Below are positions 22,960 through 37,207 of a stretch of 64,000 nucleotides of DNA, piece by piece; within the stretch, counting starts at the first letter, position 1; every line of letters begins with the position of its first letter. The stretch comes from the human T2T-CHM13v2.0 reference genome, Homo sapiens: NCBI RefSeq assembly GCF_009914755.1, contig NC_060925.1; one strand, written 5' to 3'. The notes beneath the pieces were generated by a model. That model was not told the origin of the DNA. It did no database searches and was given only the letters and a program-made list of their open reading frames with translations. The position numbers and the translations under genes were made by a program.

Positions 22960-23190
22960 GCTCCTTTGCCCAGCTGTGGGTCCCGGTCCCACAGCTGTGT
23001 TGATCTAAGACTCAGCCCCAGACAGCCTGGCGCCAGGGTGGGACGTCATGCGTTCACACAGGGATGCGTGTCCCAGGCAACCTTTCCTCGGGCAGTCACC
23101 GGCCGGCGACTGCCTCCCCCACCAATGAGCGCCGGACACCCGAGAAAGGGGCGGGGTCTGCATCGCCCCAACCGCGAGCGGCTTGTGAAT
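22960..23190. promoter_or_regulatory. ID3 -3 kb BMP-responsive enhancer (Smad1/5-Smad4 bipartite site + CRE + paired E-boxes)
   Basis: CAGAC-agcct-GGCGCC at 23019-23034; GACGTCA (CRE) 23042-23048; CAGCTG at 22971 and 22992; CCAAT 23122; GC box 23148-23156. Position and architecture match the conserved vertebrate Id3 BRE. Confidence 0.85.
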
Positions 23191-23766
23191 TGCAGATGCT
23201 GAGAACTTGATAATGTTGCTTCAATTGGGGCCCTTTAAAGTCTTTTTTTTTCTTTCTCTTTTAGTTCTTTATTTTCTTTTGTCTATTCCCTTTCTTTCCA
23301 CCTTCTTCCTTTATCTATATATGTGTATAATTTTTCTTCTTCTTTTTTCTAACTATCTCCTCCCAGTGTCAGGAATCATTTTGTAAGCATTTCCAGGAAC
23401 TCAATCTTCCTCTGCCAAAATAAAAAAAAGAAAAAAAAATTCAATGTTGTGCTCTCTGATTTTTTTTTTTTGAGAAGTTGGCAGAACTCTTTAAGTTATA
23501 CTGTTTTGTTTTTTAAAAAATTTTAGAATTTTTTAATTTCGTGGTAGTGGGCTCTCTAAATTGTTGATTTCAAAGTCAAAGTAATGATGACAAGGATTGC
23601 AGATGCCTTTTTGTCTAAGCTGAGCCTCTATTTATTATCTATCTATCATCTTTTTCCCATTTATGTCCCAGACATGGGGATCATGGGGACCTCAGAAACT
23701 TGCTCACGTTTACTTGGGATGTCAGTAGCTGGCCTATGGCCAGAACCCAGACCTCCTCTCATTTGA

Positions 23767-24066
<300 letters not shown>

Positions 24067-25913
24067 TGAGCCACCGCGCCCGGCACTCTTAATAGCATTA
24101 GGGTGGTCTTAGAACATTCCCAAATGCCACATTTCATAATATGTATCTCCTTGCTCATAAGTGCCTAGAAGGTGTGGTGAGGACTTTGCAGTCACACACA
24201 TAGAACATCCCTTCTCCTTCTCCTCCCCTCAGAGAGTCTGGAGCCCAAAGTATTGCTTGAGATTCAGGTGATACAAGGAAAGCACAGGGGATTCAGAATC
24301 AAGACCAGGCTCAATCCTTGCCCTGACTTCTCCTACCTTCACTCTGTCTCAGCTGTCTCTTCTATTAAATTGGGAGGAAAATACCATCCATCTACCTCAC
24401 AGCTGGGAGAGTCAAAGGGGACAAGGGATGGAAAATGGTGTGGGAAACAGTTATTTTTATGTGCTGTAATGTGATGTAGCCCCTGTTGAGTGGGATAGGT
24501 GGTACCAAGTGAGTTGAGTGGTCCCTGCTGAGGCTGTTGTCAGGAATGTGAGGAGCATCAGGATCTAAGGCATGAGTCCTTACAGGGGTGGGGATTTCAA
24601 AGGCCTCCAGGATGGGCTACTCTCTAACTCAGAAGCACTCAGCGCCACCGCCACCATCATCATTCATTGAGTTCTGTTTGCCAAGTCCTGTTTGCCTTCT
24701 TACACATTTTCCCGCTGATCCCTTTTATAGACAGAGAGACAGTGGCTCAGAAAGGTGAATGTGCTTGCCCAAGGTCACATAGCTAGATAAGTGGCAGGTC
24801 CAAGATTTGCACCCAGATCTGCCTGTCTCCCAAAGCCTGTATCCTCCTGCACCTATGCTTTTCCTTCTGCCCTCACAAAGGACCTCCTGGGAAGGTAGCT
24901 TGGACTTGAGAGGGTTTTATTCTACCAGATAGGGAAAAGCAAAGGTAAATCCATTAGGTAGGGAGACAGACACCGAAGTGTTGGGGTACTAGGGGAAAAC
25001 ATTGTTTTCTGTGCAGAGAGACTCAGAAAGCATTGGAATTTGTTGGAAATCTAAAGCTTTTCCTCCCTCAAATCCTCCCTCAAAGACCTTCCTATCCATA
25101 CTTACGTTTTAGGAGATGTTTATTCTTTTTTTTTTTTTTTTTTTTTTTGGAGACAGAGTTTCACTCTGTCACCCAGGCTGGAGTGCAATGGCATGATCTC
25201 GGCTCACTGCAATCTCTGCCTCCTGGGTTCTAAGCTATTCTCCTGCCTCAGCCTCTGGAGTAGCTGGGATTACAGGCACGAGCCACCACGCCCGGGCTAA
25301 TTCCAGGCTGGTCTCAAATTCCTGACCTCAAGTGATCCACCCACCTAGGCGTCCCAAAGTGCTGGGATTTCAGGTGTGAGCCACTGTGCCCGGCCAGATT
25401 ATTCTTAAAGCAAGTACACAGTAACTATTCCTGTTTTTAGGAGTCAGCTTTAGAGTTGAGCTCCCTCTTCTAACCCAGAGTCAGCCTAGCTTCAGTCAGC
25501 CACACCGCCCTGAAGTTAATTAACCCCTTACTTCAGCAGGCAGGCAGTAACTACAGAATGCCCACGGACCATCTGGGATTGAGGGCTGAGCACCCACAGG
25601 GAAGCAGGAAGGGAATTCATTTTCTGAGGAACTGTCATGTGTTCAAAGTTTCATAAATTTTATTTTAATAATTGGCCCTCGAGTTTTTTTGGGTAGGTAT
25701 TATCATGATCATTTTCTCCACAAAAATACTGAAATTCAGCTGGGCATGGTGGCTCACATCCGTAATCCCAGCCCTTTGGGAGGCTGAGGTGGGCGGATCA
25801 CCTGAGGTCAGGAGTTTGGAACCAGCCCGGCCAACATGATGAAACCCCATCTCTACTAAAAATACAAAATTTAGCCGGGTGTGGTGGCGGGTGCCTGTAA
25901 TCCCAGCTACTCA

Positions 25914-26081
<168 letters not shown>

Positions 26082-27288
26082 TTATCCACACAGCTGACGG
26101 GGAAAAGGAGAAAACAATCAGAATTTGAATCCAGGCCTATGGCTCAAACACTGATACACACAAAGACAGAGATCTTCAAGCTGCTCAGTGTCCAGACACA
26201 AAAGGACTGGTTCCCTCATCCTTGCACTTCTAGGCTAATGAGTACAGAGACAGCCTTTGCCTCATTTCTCTGTTAAGGGAAAAGTTTGAAACTTCTAGAC
26301 TTTGGAGAGCATCAGTAGGTTATGTAGGAATTTAACTCAGACTTAACAAACAGCAAAAGAAAAAGAATTATGAACTCATAATGCAGAGTTTCACTACTTC
26401 CAAAGCAATTTCATTCAGTTTCATTGAACATTCCCCGCCACCTTGTGGGGCACACAGCTCACCTGCTTCGTAATCAAGTCTTATTTGTCTCCCTGGAGTC
26501 AGTATCCTTCACGGTGCCTGGCACCAAGTAGGCACTTAGTAAAGTTGTACTGAATTAAGTTCCACCCCATTAATTGCTTTTGGGAGACAACTTAGAGGGG
26601 GGATTTGAGACTCAAATGCAGGCTGTGCTGGATGACTGATTCTATGACTCCCAGGCATAATGTTCTTTGCTGTAGACAGATGCTGATGGTTGGATTTGGG
26701 ACCCCACTAATCAGGGTTCAGGAAAGGCCTTAGAATGATGGGGTCCAAGGTAAGAAAAGATGAAGTCCAAAAAAGGCCTTGAAAAGCAATATTCACCTGC
26801 CCAAATGTGTTGGCCTAGGTCTCAGCAGTAGTTCAATGGCTGAGAGAGTAGAGAGGTCGGGAAGGGAGGGATGTGGCCTGGGGACCGAGCTGACCCTGCC
26901 TGAGAGGAAAGGGCTTCCCTGACCCTAACCGGGCCAGAGCTCTGCAGTGAGCTAGAGATACGGGGGTGCCAGAAAGCAGAGGTAGGGGCGCAGCTCAGAG
27001 AGAGCCTCCTGCTGGCCACAGCTATCCCTGAGTGTAATCAAGTGGCCCAAGCATCAGCAGGCTTAGGAGGATCTTTTGCAAAGTGCCAGTCATGAACCAG
27101 ACATTTTACATGTATTATCGCCCTCAATTCTCATATCAGTTGAGGCTCAGAGAGGTGAAGTGACTTGCCCAAGGTCACACAGCAACTGGGAGGCAGAACA
27201 GAGTCCAGAGTTTATGGTTTGCAGCATGAGCCAGGCCACCAATTGGCGGGAGAAAGGAATCAAATGCTGGAGAATGGGAACTGTCTTA

Positions 27289-27453
<165 letters not shown>

Positions 27454-27788
27454 TCACGCCTCTAATCGCAGCACTTTGGGAGGCTGAGGTGGGTGGATCA
27501 TGAGGTCAGGAGATCGAGACCATCCAGGCTAACGCTGTGAAACCCCGTCTCTACTAAAAATACAAAAAATTAGCCGTGTGTGGTGGTGGGCGCCTGTAGT
27601 CCCAGCTACTCGGGAGGCTGAGGCAGGAGAATGGTGTGAACCCAGGAGGCGGAGCTTGCAGTGAGCCGAGATCGCAAGCCACTGAACTCCAGCCTGGGCG
27701 ACAGAGCGAGACTCTGTCTCAAAACAACAACAACAACAACATAAGTTCGCTGGACGTGGTGGCTCATGCCTAAAATCCTAGCTACTCA

Positions 27789-27890
<102 letters not shown>

Positions 27891-27950
27891 TCAAAAAAAG
27901 GAAGTATGTATTTGACATGGATTTTGTTTCACAGAACTTTATGGTGTCAG

Positions 27951-27953
<3 letters not shown>

Positions 27954-27997
<44 letters not shown>
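27954..27997. repeat. (GT)22 microsatellite
   Basis: 44 nt of perfect GT alternation. Confidence 0.97.
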
Positions 27998-27998
<1 letters not shown>

Positions 27999-28519
27999 TC
28001 AGTTTCTTTCTTTTTTTGAGAGGAAGTCCCACTCTGCTGCCCAGGCTGGACTTTAGTGGCGCAATATTGGCTCACTGCAGACTCCAACTTCCGGATTCAA
28101 GGGATTCTCCTACCTCAGCCTCCTGAGTAGCTGGGATTACAGGCGTGCGCCACCACGCCCAGCTAATTTTTATATTTTTTGTAAAGACGGTGTTTCGCCA
28201 TGTTGGCCAGGCTGGTCTCAAACTCCTGACCTCAAGTGATCCGCCCGCCTCAGCCTCCCAAAAGTGCTGGGATCACAGGCGTGAGCCACCGCGCCCGACC
28301 TCAGTTTCTGAGTGTATTCCTACCTGAGATTATGCTGTCCACCCTTGTCTGAGTGTGGGGCTGTCCTTGGGGGCTGTGCGCGGGGTGCGCCTATGTGTCT
28401 TCCTCCCTGGGTGTTTCAGCCTGCTGTGTGTGATGTGTCCCCGGGTCTAGTATAGGATCTTCCCTGGGTGTGCGGCTTTCTATGTGCGTGCTTCAGTGTA
28501 TGTCCATCTTCCCCCAATC

Positions 28520-29170
28520 TCCTAGCCAGGTGCGGAACAGGGCCAAGAGGACAATAGGCTCGAGCGCCCAGGTGGCCTTTTCCTCCACTCCCTCACCCAC
28601 CGCGACCCTCCCCTCCTGCACCCCGCGCCCTGACTGCCCCCTCTCTGGCCCTGCCCGACCTTCCGCGGCCCTCCTTGCCCGCGCCCCGGCGGCCCCACCC
28701 TGGCCCTACCCGGCCCTCCCCGCCCGCGCCCCGCGCCCGGCGGCCCCCACCCCCGGCGGTCCCGGACGCGCAGCTGCGGGACACACAATCGCCGGCGCCC
28801 CCTCTCCGCCCCCCGCGCAGCCCCTCGTCCAACAAAAGCCGCTTTCTTTCCCCACAACAGATTAAAGACCAGGAGGGGGTGAAAAATAGCTTCTCCGGCC
28901 ACTGGCGGGGGAGGGGCGCGGGAAAAGCTGGGACTTTGGGGACTCTTTGATAGCGAGTGTGTGGGAAACCCGAAGGAATGTGGCTGTTCGGACCGCCGCG
29001 GCGGGGCCAGGCGCCGGGAGGAGGGTCCGCACCTCCCCCGCTGGGACTCCCGGGACCTCCCGGACCCCCGCGGCCCCAGCGTCCCTGCGGCCCCGGCGTC
29101 CCCACGCCCCACGCCGCCAGCGCCCTGCACGCCGCCTCCCGCCAGCTGAGCGTCTCCCGCGCCCCCTGCT
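28520..29170. promoter_or_regulatory. Gene-less CpG island ~8.5 kb upstream of ID3
   Basis: Very high GC/CpG with a central motif-rich pocket at 28830-28980. Only low-complexity Pro/Arg/Gly ORFs. Confidence 0.8.
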
Positions 29171-30581
29171 TTTCCTCCCCTAGTCAATTTCCTCACATTC
29201 TAATTTCCTTACTTTCTTCTCACTTTCCCTTCCAATTCTCCTTTTCGCGAGTCCCCTATTCTCGTCCTCCACCTCTTTCTCTATGTCTTTTGCTCAAGTC
29301 TGTTCCCCTCGTCTCCCTCCCCGGGTCTTTATCTTGATCTATACATTCTTTTTTTTTTCTCTTTGTCTGGGACACACTCTGTGTCTCTTTGTTTCCGTGT
29401 CTCTTGCTATTTCTTGGTGGCTTTCCTGGGTTGGGTCCCAGGGATGGTGGATTTAGCACCGTCGCTGTCGCCCTTTCTCCTGCCCATCTGGAAGGGCTGG
29501 GAAAAGCAGGCCAGGGTGTGGGCAGTTTGTTTAAATGTCCCTCTCCCGCCACACACGTGTGAGTGCAGGTGGGCGCTGGGCAGGGAAGTCTGGGGAGCCC
29601 AGGAACACCCAGGGAGGAGCTGTGGGGAGGCCTGGCCAGCTAGACCAGGATGGAGCAGGGATGGGGGGACTCGTGGAAGCCTCCAAGGGTTTGGAATTAT
29701 TTTTGGCCCGGTATAATTCAGTCTCTGAAAGGAATTCCTGGCCCAGGACCGGATGGTGGCCTTGGGACCCTTATGGGAAATGAGTTGGGTCTCCTGGCCC
29801 CCTCCTCTCTAGTCCTTGGGACAGGCTAGTGGGAGGAAGGGGGCTGGTTCAAGACAAAGGGCTTCCAGGTGGCTGAGGAAGGAGACCTTCCATGTGAAGA
29901 CAGCGTGGTACAGTGGGGAACTCAGCCCTGGATCTTGGAATCCCAGCTTTCCCCTGGGCTCTGCCACTCCCTGACAACCTGGGCGAATCCCTTCTTCCTC
30001 TCTGGGCGTCAGTTTCCCCACCTGTAAAATGAGATGTTTGGACCAGTGGCCTTCAGCCTTTTTTTCCACCCTCAGATTGTAAGGTCTGATTTGTTCCAAA
30101 TGCATTGCTTATATTAATGAATCTGCTTTCATATTTTGTGTTTATGAAAGACAAGCATTCAGTCAGGCTTTCTGATTAGCATGCTTCATTACCATGCAGA
30201 ACTGGTCTAATTCAAAGAACAAAGACACCCCAGCCAAAGATACCCTAGACAGACTCTCGAACAGAGATACCCCAATTCCAGCTAAAGACACCCCAGACAG
30301 ACCCCAAAAGCTCTTGGTGTTTTAGTAGTCTGTGCAGCAAAATCCCATGGAAGAAGAGCACAGGCTTTGCAGTCAGACAGCTTGGGTTTGAATCCTGACT
30401 CTGCCAGTGTCCAGCTGTGACCTTGGGGAGGTCACACACACCCTCCCTCAGTTTTCTTATCTGGAAAAAAGAAATATTCATGATATCCACCCCCACATAA
30501 TTGTATTATATCAGATAACAGATACAAAAATTTAAGAAATAGGTGCTCAATGAGAGTTAGGATGTTGATGCTTTATACGAA

Positions 30582-31180
30582 TGCTGTCCAATAGAACAAT
30601 AATGCAAGCCACAAATGTAATTTTAAATTTTCCAGCAGCTATAGTTAAAAAAGCAAGGACAGTGAAATTAATTTTTTTTTGAGATAGGGTCTTGCTCTGT
30701 TGCCCAGGCTAGAGTGCAGTGGTGTGATCATGTTCAAACTGCAGCCTCGATGTCCTGGGTTCAAGTGATCCTCCCACCTCAGCCTCCTGAGTAACTGGAA
30801 CCACAGATGCGTGCCACCAAGCCCGGCTCATTTTAAAATTATTTGTAGAGACAGGGTCTCACTATGTTGCCCAGGCTGGTCTCAAAACCCTGGACTCAAG
30901 CTATCCTCCCACCTCAACCTCTCAAAGTGTTGGGATTACAGGTGTGAGCCACTGTATCTGGCCTTAAAATTAATTTCAGTAATATACTTTACCTAATCCA
31001 ATATATTCAAAACATTATTTCAACATGTGATGAACACAGAAAAACTATTATTCCTACATTATTTTTTATACTTAGTCATCAAAATCTCGTGTCTTTAATT
31101 CAGCACATCTCAGTTTGGACTAGATACATTTCAAATGCTCTGTAGCCACACATAGCTAGTGGCTACCAATTGAAAAACTC
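30582..31180 (+). mobile_element. MER33-like hAT MITE interrupted by AluJ (30672-30963, minus)
   Basis: GCTGTCCAATAGAA...GCAAGCCACA...AATTTTAAATTTTC and CAGCACATCTCAGTTTGGACTAG...GCTAGTGGCTACC. Confidence 0.7.
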
Positions 31181-31789
31181 TGGTACTCCAGATGTGTGCC
31201 ACCACACCTGGCTAATTTTTTTTAAAAAATTGTGTAGAGATGAGGTCTTGCTATGTTGCCCAGGCTGGTCTCAAACTCTTGGCCTCAAGCAGTCCTATCA
31301 TCTCAGCCTCCCAAAGGAATTACAGTCATGAGCCACCATGCCCAGCCCAGATGAGATTTTGGTACGTGAAGACAGGGCAGGAGAAAGACTGGAGGGAAGG
31401 GGGCAGAGAATGGTATGAACAAAGCTGCTCAGGTGCAGATCACTTGATTGGGCAGGAGCGAGGAGGTGGAGAGGTGCAGGCCAGGATTGCAGAAGTAGAT
31501 GGAGGTGGGGTATCTGGAGAGCTTTGAATGCCAGGCTAAAGAGCACAAATAATGTAAGCATACTTCCAGGGGGAAAAAAAAAAGAATTTGGTCAGTTTTT
31601 TCAGAGTGACTGTGGTTATGAGATCCACTTTATTCAGGGAAGAAGGCAGCCGTTCTCTGGGTACTGTAACTATTCCTGTTTCTATTGAAACCTGTTAGTG
31701 CTAACTATCATTTACTGAGGATTTACTATGACCAGGCGCTATGCCAAGCACTTTGTGTTAATAATCCTGTTTAATTATCTCAGCGAACC

Positions 31790-32740
<951 letters not shown>

Positions 32741-35222
32741 CTCTTTTTAAAAATTCTCCCAACAACTTTTTTTTTTTTTTTTGGAGACAGGGTCTTGCTC
32801 TGTTGCCCAGGCTGGAGTGCAGTGGCCTGATCATGGCTCACTGCAGCCTCAACCTTCATGCTTAGGCAATCCTCCTGCCTCAGCCTCCCGAGTAGCTGGA
32901 ACCACAGGTACATGCCACCACAGCTGGCAAATTTTTTTTTTTTTTTTTGAGATGAAGTCTCACTCTGTCGCCCAGGCTGGAGTGCAGTGGTGCAATCTCG
33001 GCTCACTGCAAGCTCCGCCTCCTGGGTTCACACCATTCTCCTGCCTCAGCCTCCTGAATAGCTGGGATTACAGGCGCCCACCACCATACCCAGCTAATTT
33101 TTTTGTATTTTTAGTAGAGACGGGGTTTCACCATGTTAGCTAGGATGGTCTCGATTTCCTGACCTCGTGATCTGCCTGCCTGGTCCTCCCAAAGTGCTGT
33201 GATTATAGGCTTGAGCCACTGCGCCCGGCCCAATTTTTTTGTACTTATTTGTAGAGACAGGGTCTCTCTATGCTGCCCAGGCTTCCAAACAACTTTTGTG
33301 ACAGATACTATTATCATCCCATTTCACAGTTGCGGAAGCATCAGAAAGGTGAAGCCACCCGCCTAAGACCGAAGAGCTAGAAGCAAAAGAGCCAAATTTC
33401 AAAACTGCAAAGTGTTCCTGACCTCTGGGCTGTCCTGCTTCCTGGAAATTGCTTGGGCAGTGCGCTCCATCTTCCTGGGGCATTTAACCCACAAGTTTGC
33501 TAGCAGCCATGTTTTCAAGCTGCAACAACTACTTCTTGGATGGTGAGAATTGGGAGAGATGGCAGAAGGCCTGGGGAAGAGTGGGGATGCTGGGAAAGCC
33601 TCCTGGTGAGAAAGCTCAGGCCACAGCTGGGCCAGGGTCATCCACAGCAGTCTCCAGGCTCTGACACCCCCTCCCCAACCCTGACTCCCTCCCAGGGGAG
33701 AGAATAACTTGGCTCCAAAGCTGAGGCCAGAATATAAGCCAGAGACCTGCTGACCTGACCCCCCCACCCTGGAATCTACTGAATCTGGGGCCAGGAGCGG
33801 GGAAGGGCTGACCCCAAACTGAACAAATCAAAAAGCCAAGTTCCCCTCTGAGCCCTGCAATTTTTTTTTCTTTTGGACCAAATAAGGAAGGAGCACCTGT
33901 TACTTTATAATCATACTGTAGGACAGCCTCGAGTTGAAAGCCATGGGATCTGGAGTCTTGAAAACGCGGTTCAAGCTCCTATCTTTTCTATTTCCAAACT
34001 CAGTGTCCTAGAGCAACTCACTCACTTTCCCCAAGCTTCAGTTTTTCTATCTATGAAATAGACAATGATACTCCTGTTAAGAGGGCGCTTGTAAGGATTT
34101 GGGGGACCAGAGGTTAAATTCGCTTCATTTTAGTTCACCTACATTACTTATGTTTTGTTACATGTCTTAAGTTATGGTTTTAATAATCCCCCCACTCAAA
34201 AATAAACAAGATTAAAAGAATAATGAAAATAGTTAATAATAAGTGTCAACAGTTATGGGCACTGATTTTGTGCTGTTTCAAGTGCTTTATACACATTAAC
34301 TCATTTATCTTCATAAAAAGCCTATGAAGCCATTATACAGATGAGGAAACAGGCTCAGAGAGGCTAAGCATGTTGTTCAAGGTCACACAGCATGGAAGAG
34401 GCAAGCCGACTGACTCCAGAGCCTTAGCTTTGTGCCAGTCAGAATGGAAAAGAACTCCAAAAGACACCAACCTGGTTTATTCAAGTGCTGGCATGTAAGG
34501 ATAAGGAAAAGCAGCCATCAGTTTGAATGACAGGCGATGGGTCCAGAGTAATTAGCCAAATGTATGAAGATTTCACCATTTCTAAACCATCCTGTTATAT
34601 GACCACACATACCATCTTCATGGAAGTGCAGTAGCGTCACCATGACAACTACTTTTGTGTTTTTACCTCTAATGTAATCGATTGTATTTTAAAATATTTT
34701 TAAATGAATAAAAGCTTTTGAATTTAATGTTTTAAGTAGGTAATACTTTCACCTGGTTAAAAACTCAAAAAGCTCGAGAGGCATAAAGTGAAAGGCCTCC
34801 TTCTCACCCCGGCCCCTGCCATCCTCTTCTCACAGTCAGCCAATGTTGCTAGTTTTGTGGGGAGGGGAAGAACTGATACTTTTTGAAAGTAGAAAGAGTG
34901 TGCTTGATTTGTTCTGAGGTCACAAGCCATAAAGCCCACCTTACTCTGGTTGATTTCTTCAGGTCGGCCTCAGCCTGATTTCCTGTACCCTTTGAGGCAC
35001 TGCTGCTTCCTGCAGGTGATGGTTAGTCCCTTAGGGAGATGGTCAGTCCCTTCTCCCTCTGAACTTTCCCCTGAGGCACCCCCTTCAGTACCCGCTATGC
35101 TCCTGACCACATTCTCTCTGGCCTCTAGGCCTGACTGGTTCTCCATCCCCCAGAACCTGCAGAGCCTGTAAATGCCAGAGAAATCTCATCATCTCACACA
35201 GCTGATGTGGTAGAGGTGGACC

Positions 35223-35980
35223 CAGAGGTCACACCTGGGTGGCTTCAGGCTATATCTAGCCTATGAGATTTTTTGTTCTTTTTTGGTCTGCACAGTGATG
35301 TCAGAATTGGAAATCTTCACCTGAAAGTCCAATTTTCTGATTTCACTTGAAATATTGGCAGACTCAGCCACACTGAACCCATACTGATGCATGATGATGA
35401 CAGCTGGAGCTGAGCAGCAGTTGCTCCCTTGAGAAGGAGCACAAGCTCTCTGGGTTGTATGGTCCCCGCCACTCTGGGTTGGTTAACATGGTAGGCAGGA
35501 TCATAGTCACCTCCAAAGATGTCTGTGTCCTAATCCCTATAATTTGTGAATGTACTGTTACACGGCAAGTGGGAATTAAGTTTGCAGATGGAATGAAGGT
35601 TGCTATGCAGGATTATCTAGGTGGGTCCAATGGAATCAGAAGGGTCCTTAAAAGTGGGAGAGGGCAGCAGAAAAGAGTCAGAGAAAGAGAGGCAGCCACG
35701 AAAACAGGGTCAGAGAGATGCCATGTTGCTGGCTTTGAAAATGAAGGAAGGGGTCACAACCCAAGGAATGTTGGCAGCCTCCAGAAGCTGGAAAAGGCAA
35801 GGAAATCAATTATCTTCCAGATTCTCCGAAAGGGAAGTCCCTGCAAACACCCTGATTTTAGCCCAGTGAGATCAGGTTGGTTTGAGAGCATAAACTTAAG
35901 TTGTTTTAAGTGACTAAGTTTGTAGTCATTTTGTTATAGCAGCAATAGAGAAGTAATACAGTTAATATGGGCCCTTGTAG
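35223..35980 (+). mobile_element. MER102-like hAT-Charlie DNA transposon interrupted by the MLT1 LTR
   Basis: Segments such as TTTGGTCTGCACAGTG and CTGGAGCTGAGCAGCAGTTGCTCCC, and, after the LTR, GGCCCTTGTAGG, resemble the MER102 consensus. Confidence 0.55.
35487..35960 (+). mobile_element. MLT1 (MaLR, MLT1D-like) solo LTR
   Basis: GGTAGGCAG...CCAAAGATGTC...CCTAATCCC start and TTGTTATAGCAGCAATAGA...AATACA end. 5-bp TSD GTTAA (35482-86 / 35961-65). Confidence 0.85.
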
Positions 35981-37207
35981 GTCTCCAGGGATGGGGGAGT
36001 GGGGCACAGCTGTGAGAGCTGTTGTAAGTGTGCAAGACTCATAGCTTAAAGAGCTCCGTAAATGGCCATGAATGTTCTAATGAATAGGCGTAGCAGGCGG
36101 GTTCTGGGCAGAGTAGAGATATGGGTGACCCTTGCTTTGGTTTTTTCTCCCTCCACTCTTGTGACACCCTCTGCCCAGTTTCCTTCACAGCCCTGGGGCT
36201 TGCTGAGAGAGCCGGGCTGATATGTCAGGCCTTCAGCATTGAGTAGGGCAATCACTTAGCAAGTTGGCAGGTCTCAGCAGCTGGTGGAGGAATCTGGGCT
36301 CTGACTGAGGACAGGATTAGAGGTCAAAGTGGGAAAGTAGGGAATAGGCCCCAGACTGAGTAAAAAGACCAGGAGAGCTGAAGGTGGGGGAGGGTCAGGA
36401 GCAGGTTCTGAAAGGGGGTGCAAAGCTAGGCAGGGCCCAGACTTGAGGCCTGTTCTAGGTGGTGCTGGCTGGTAGGGGAATGACTGATGGTCTAGGATTG
36501 CTGAGGACCACTGTGCACCTGCCAGCACTGTCCTAAGCCTGCCTCTGAACACTAAGCTGTCAGCCTCTGTTTACCTTCCACTCTCAGTATAACCTGCATT
36601 CGGCCTATTTGTTGGGAGGCAACTGAAAAACTAATTTATCCTGAATTATTCTTAGTGACTGATAGTGGCTTACTGTGTCAGATACTTGCCAAGGAGATTC
36701 ATGTTGAAGTGCATATCATTTTAACCTAAAAAGATGAAGTGCATTTAAGGTAGCAGTGTCTGAGAAGGAAAACCTCATGGCTACTGGTGGTGGGGGGTGG
36801 CAGGGAACATAGGATGTCACACGGTGGACAGCCTTACCTGCTCACAGGGCTGTACACCCCCAGGAGGTCTCTCATATTCCAGCCCCCATGTCCTTAAGTC
36901 TCTTTAGATTTTTTTCACCTGGGCTTTCATTACAATTCTTTTACTTTCCGTGTTTCCTGGGTAAGCTTGTTTATATATTTTTAGCAAACATTCATGTAAC
37001 ACTATGTGCCAGGCACCATTCTAAGTGCTTTACAAATGTTTATTTAGGTAACAGAGGTACTGTTGCCTCCATTTTACAGATAAGGAAACTGAGACACAGA
37101 GAGGCTAATTTGCCCAAGACCACGTGGCTAGCGAGTGGCTACACTTTCTGAGCCTCGGCTTTCTTGGCTGTTAAATTGATATGTATATACAAGCGCCCTC
37201 TGCATAG

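Noticed and set aside
28794-29100. GGCGCC/GGCGTC hexamers in the upstream CpG island (also at 466, 14646, 18967, 19137)
   Set aside because: None has GTCT/AGAC at the 5-bp spacing, so they were not counted as bipartite Smad elements.
28470-29337. ORFs of 224, 170, 131 and 126 aa
   Set aside because: Same CpG-island artefact.
35455-35913. 152-aa ORF
   Set aside because: Lies within the MLT1 LTR; a chance open frame.
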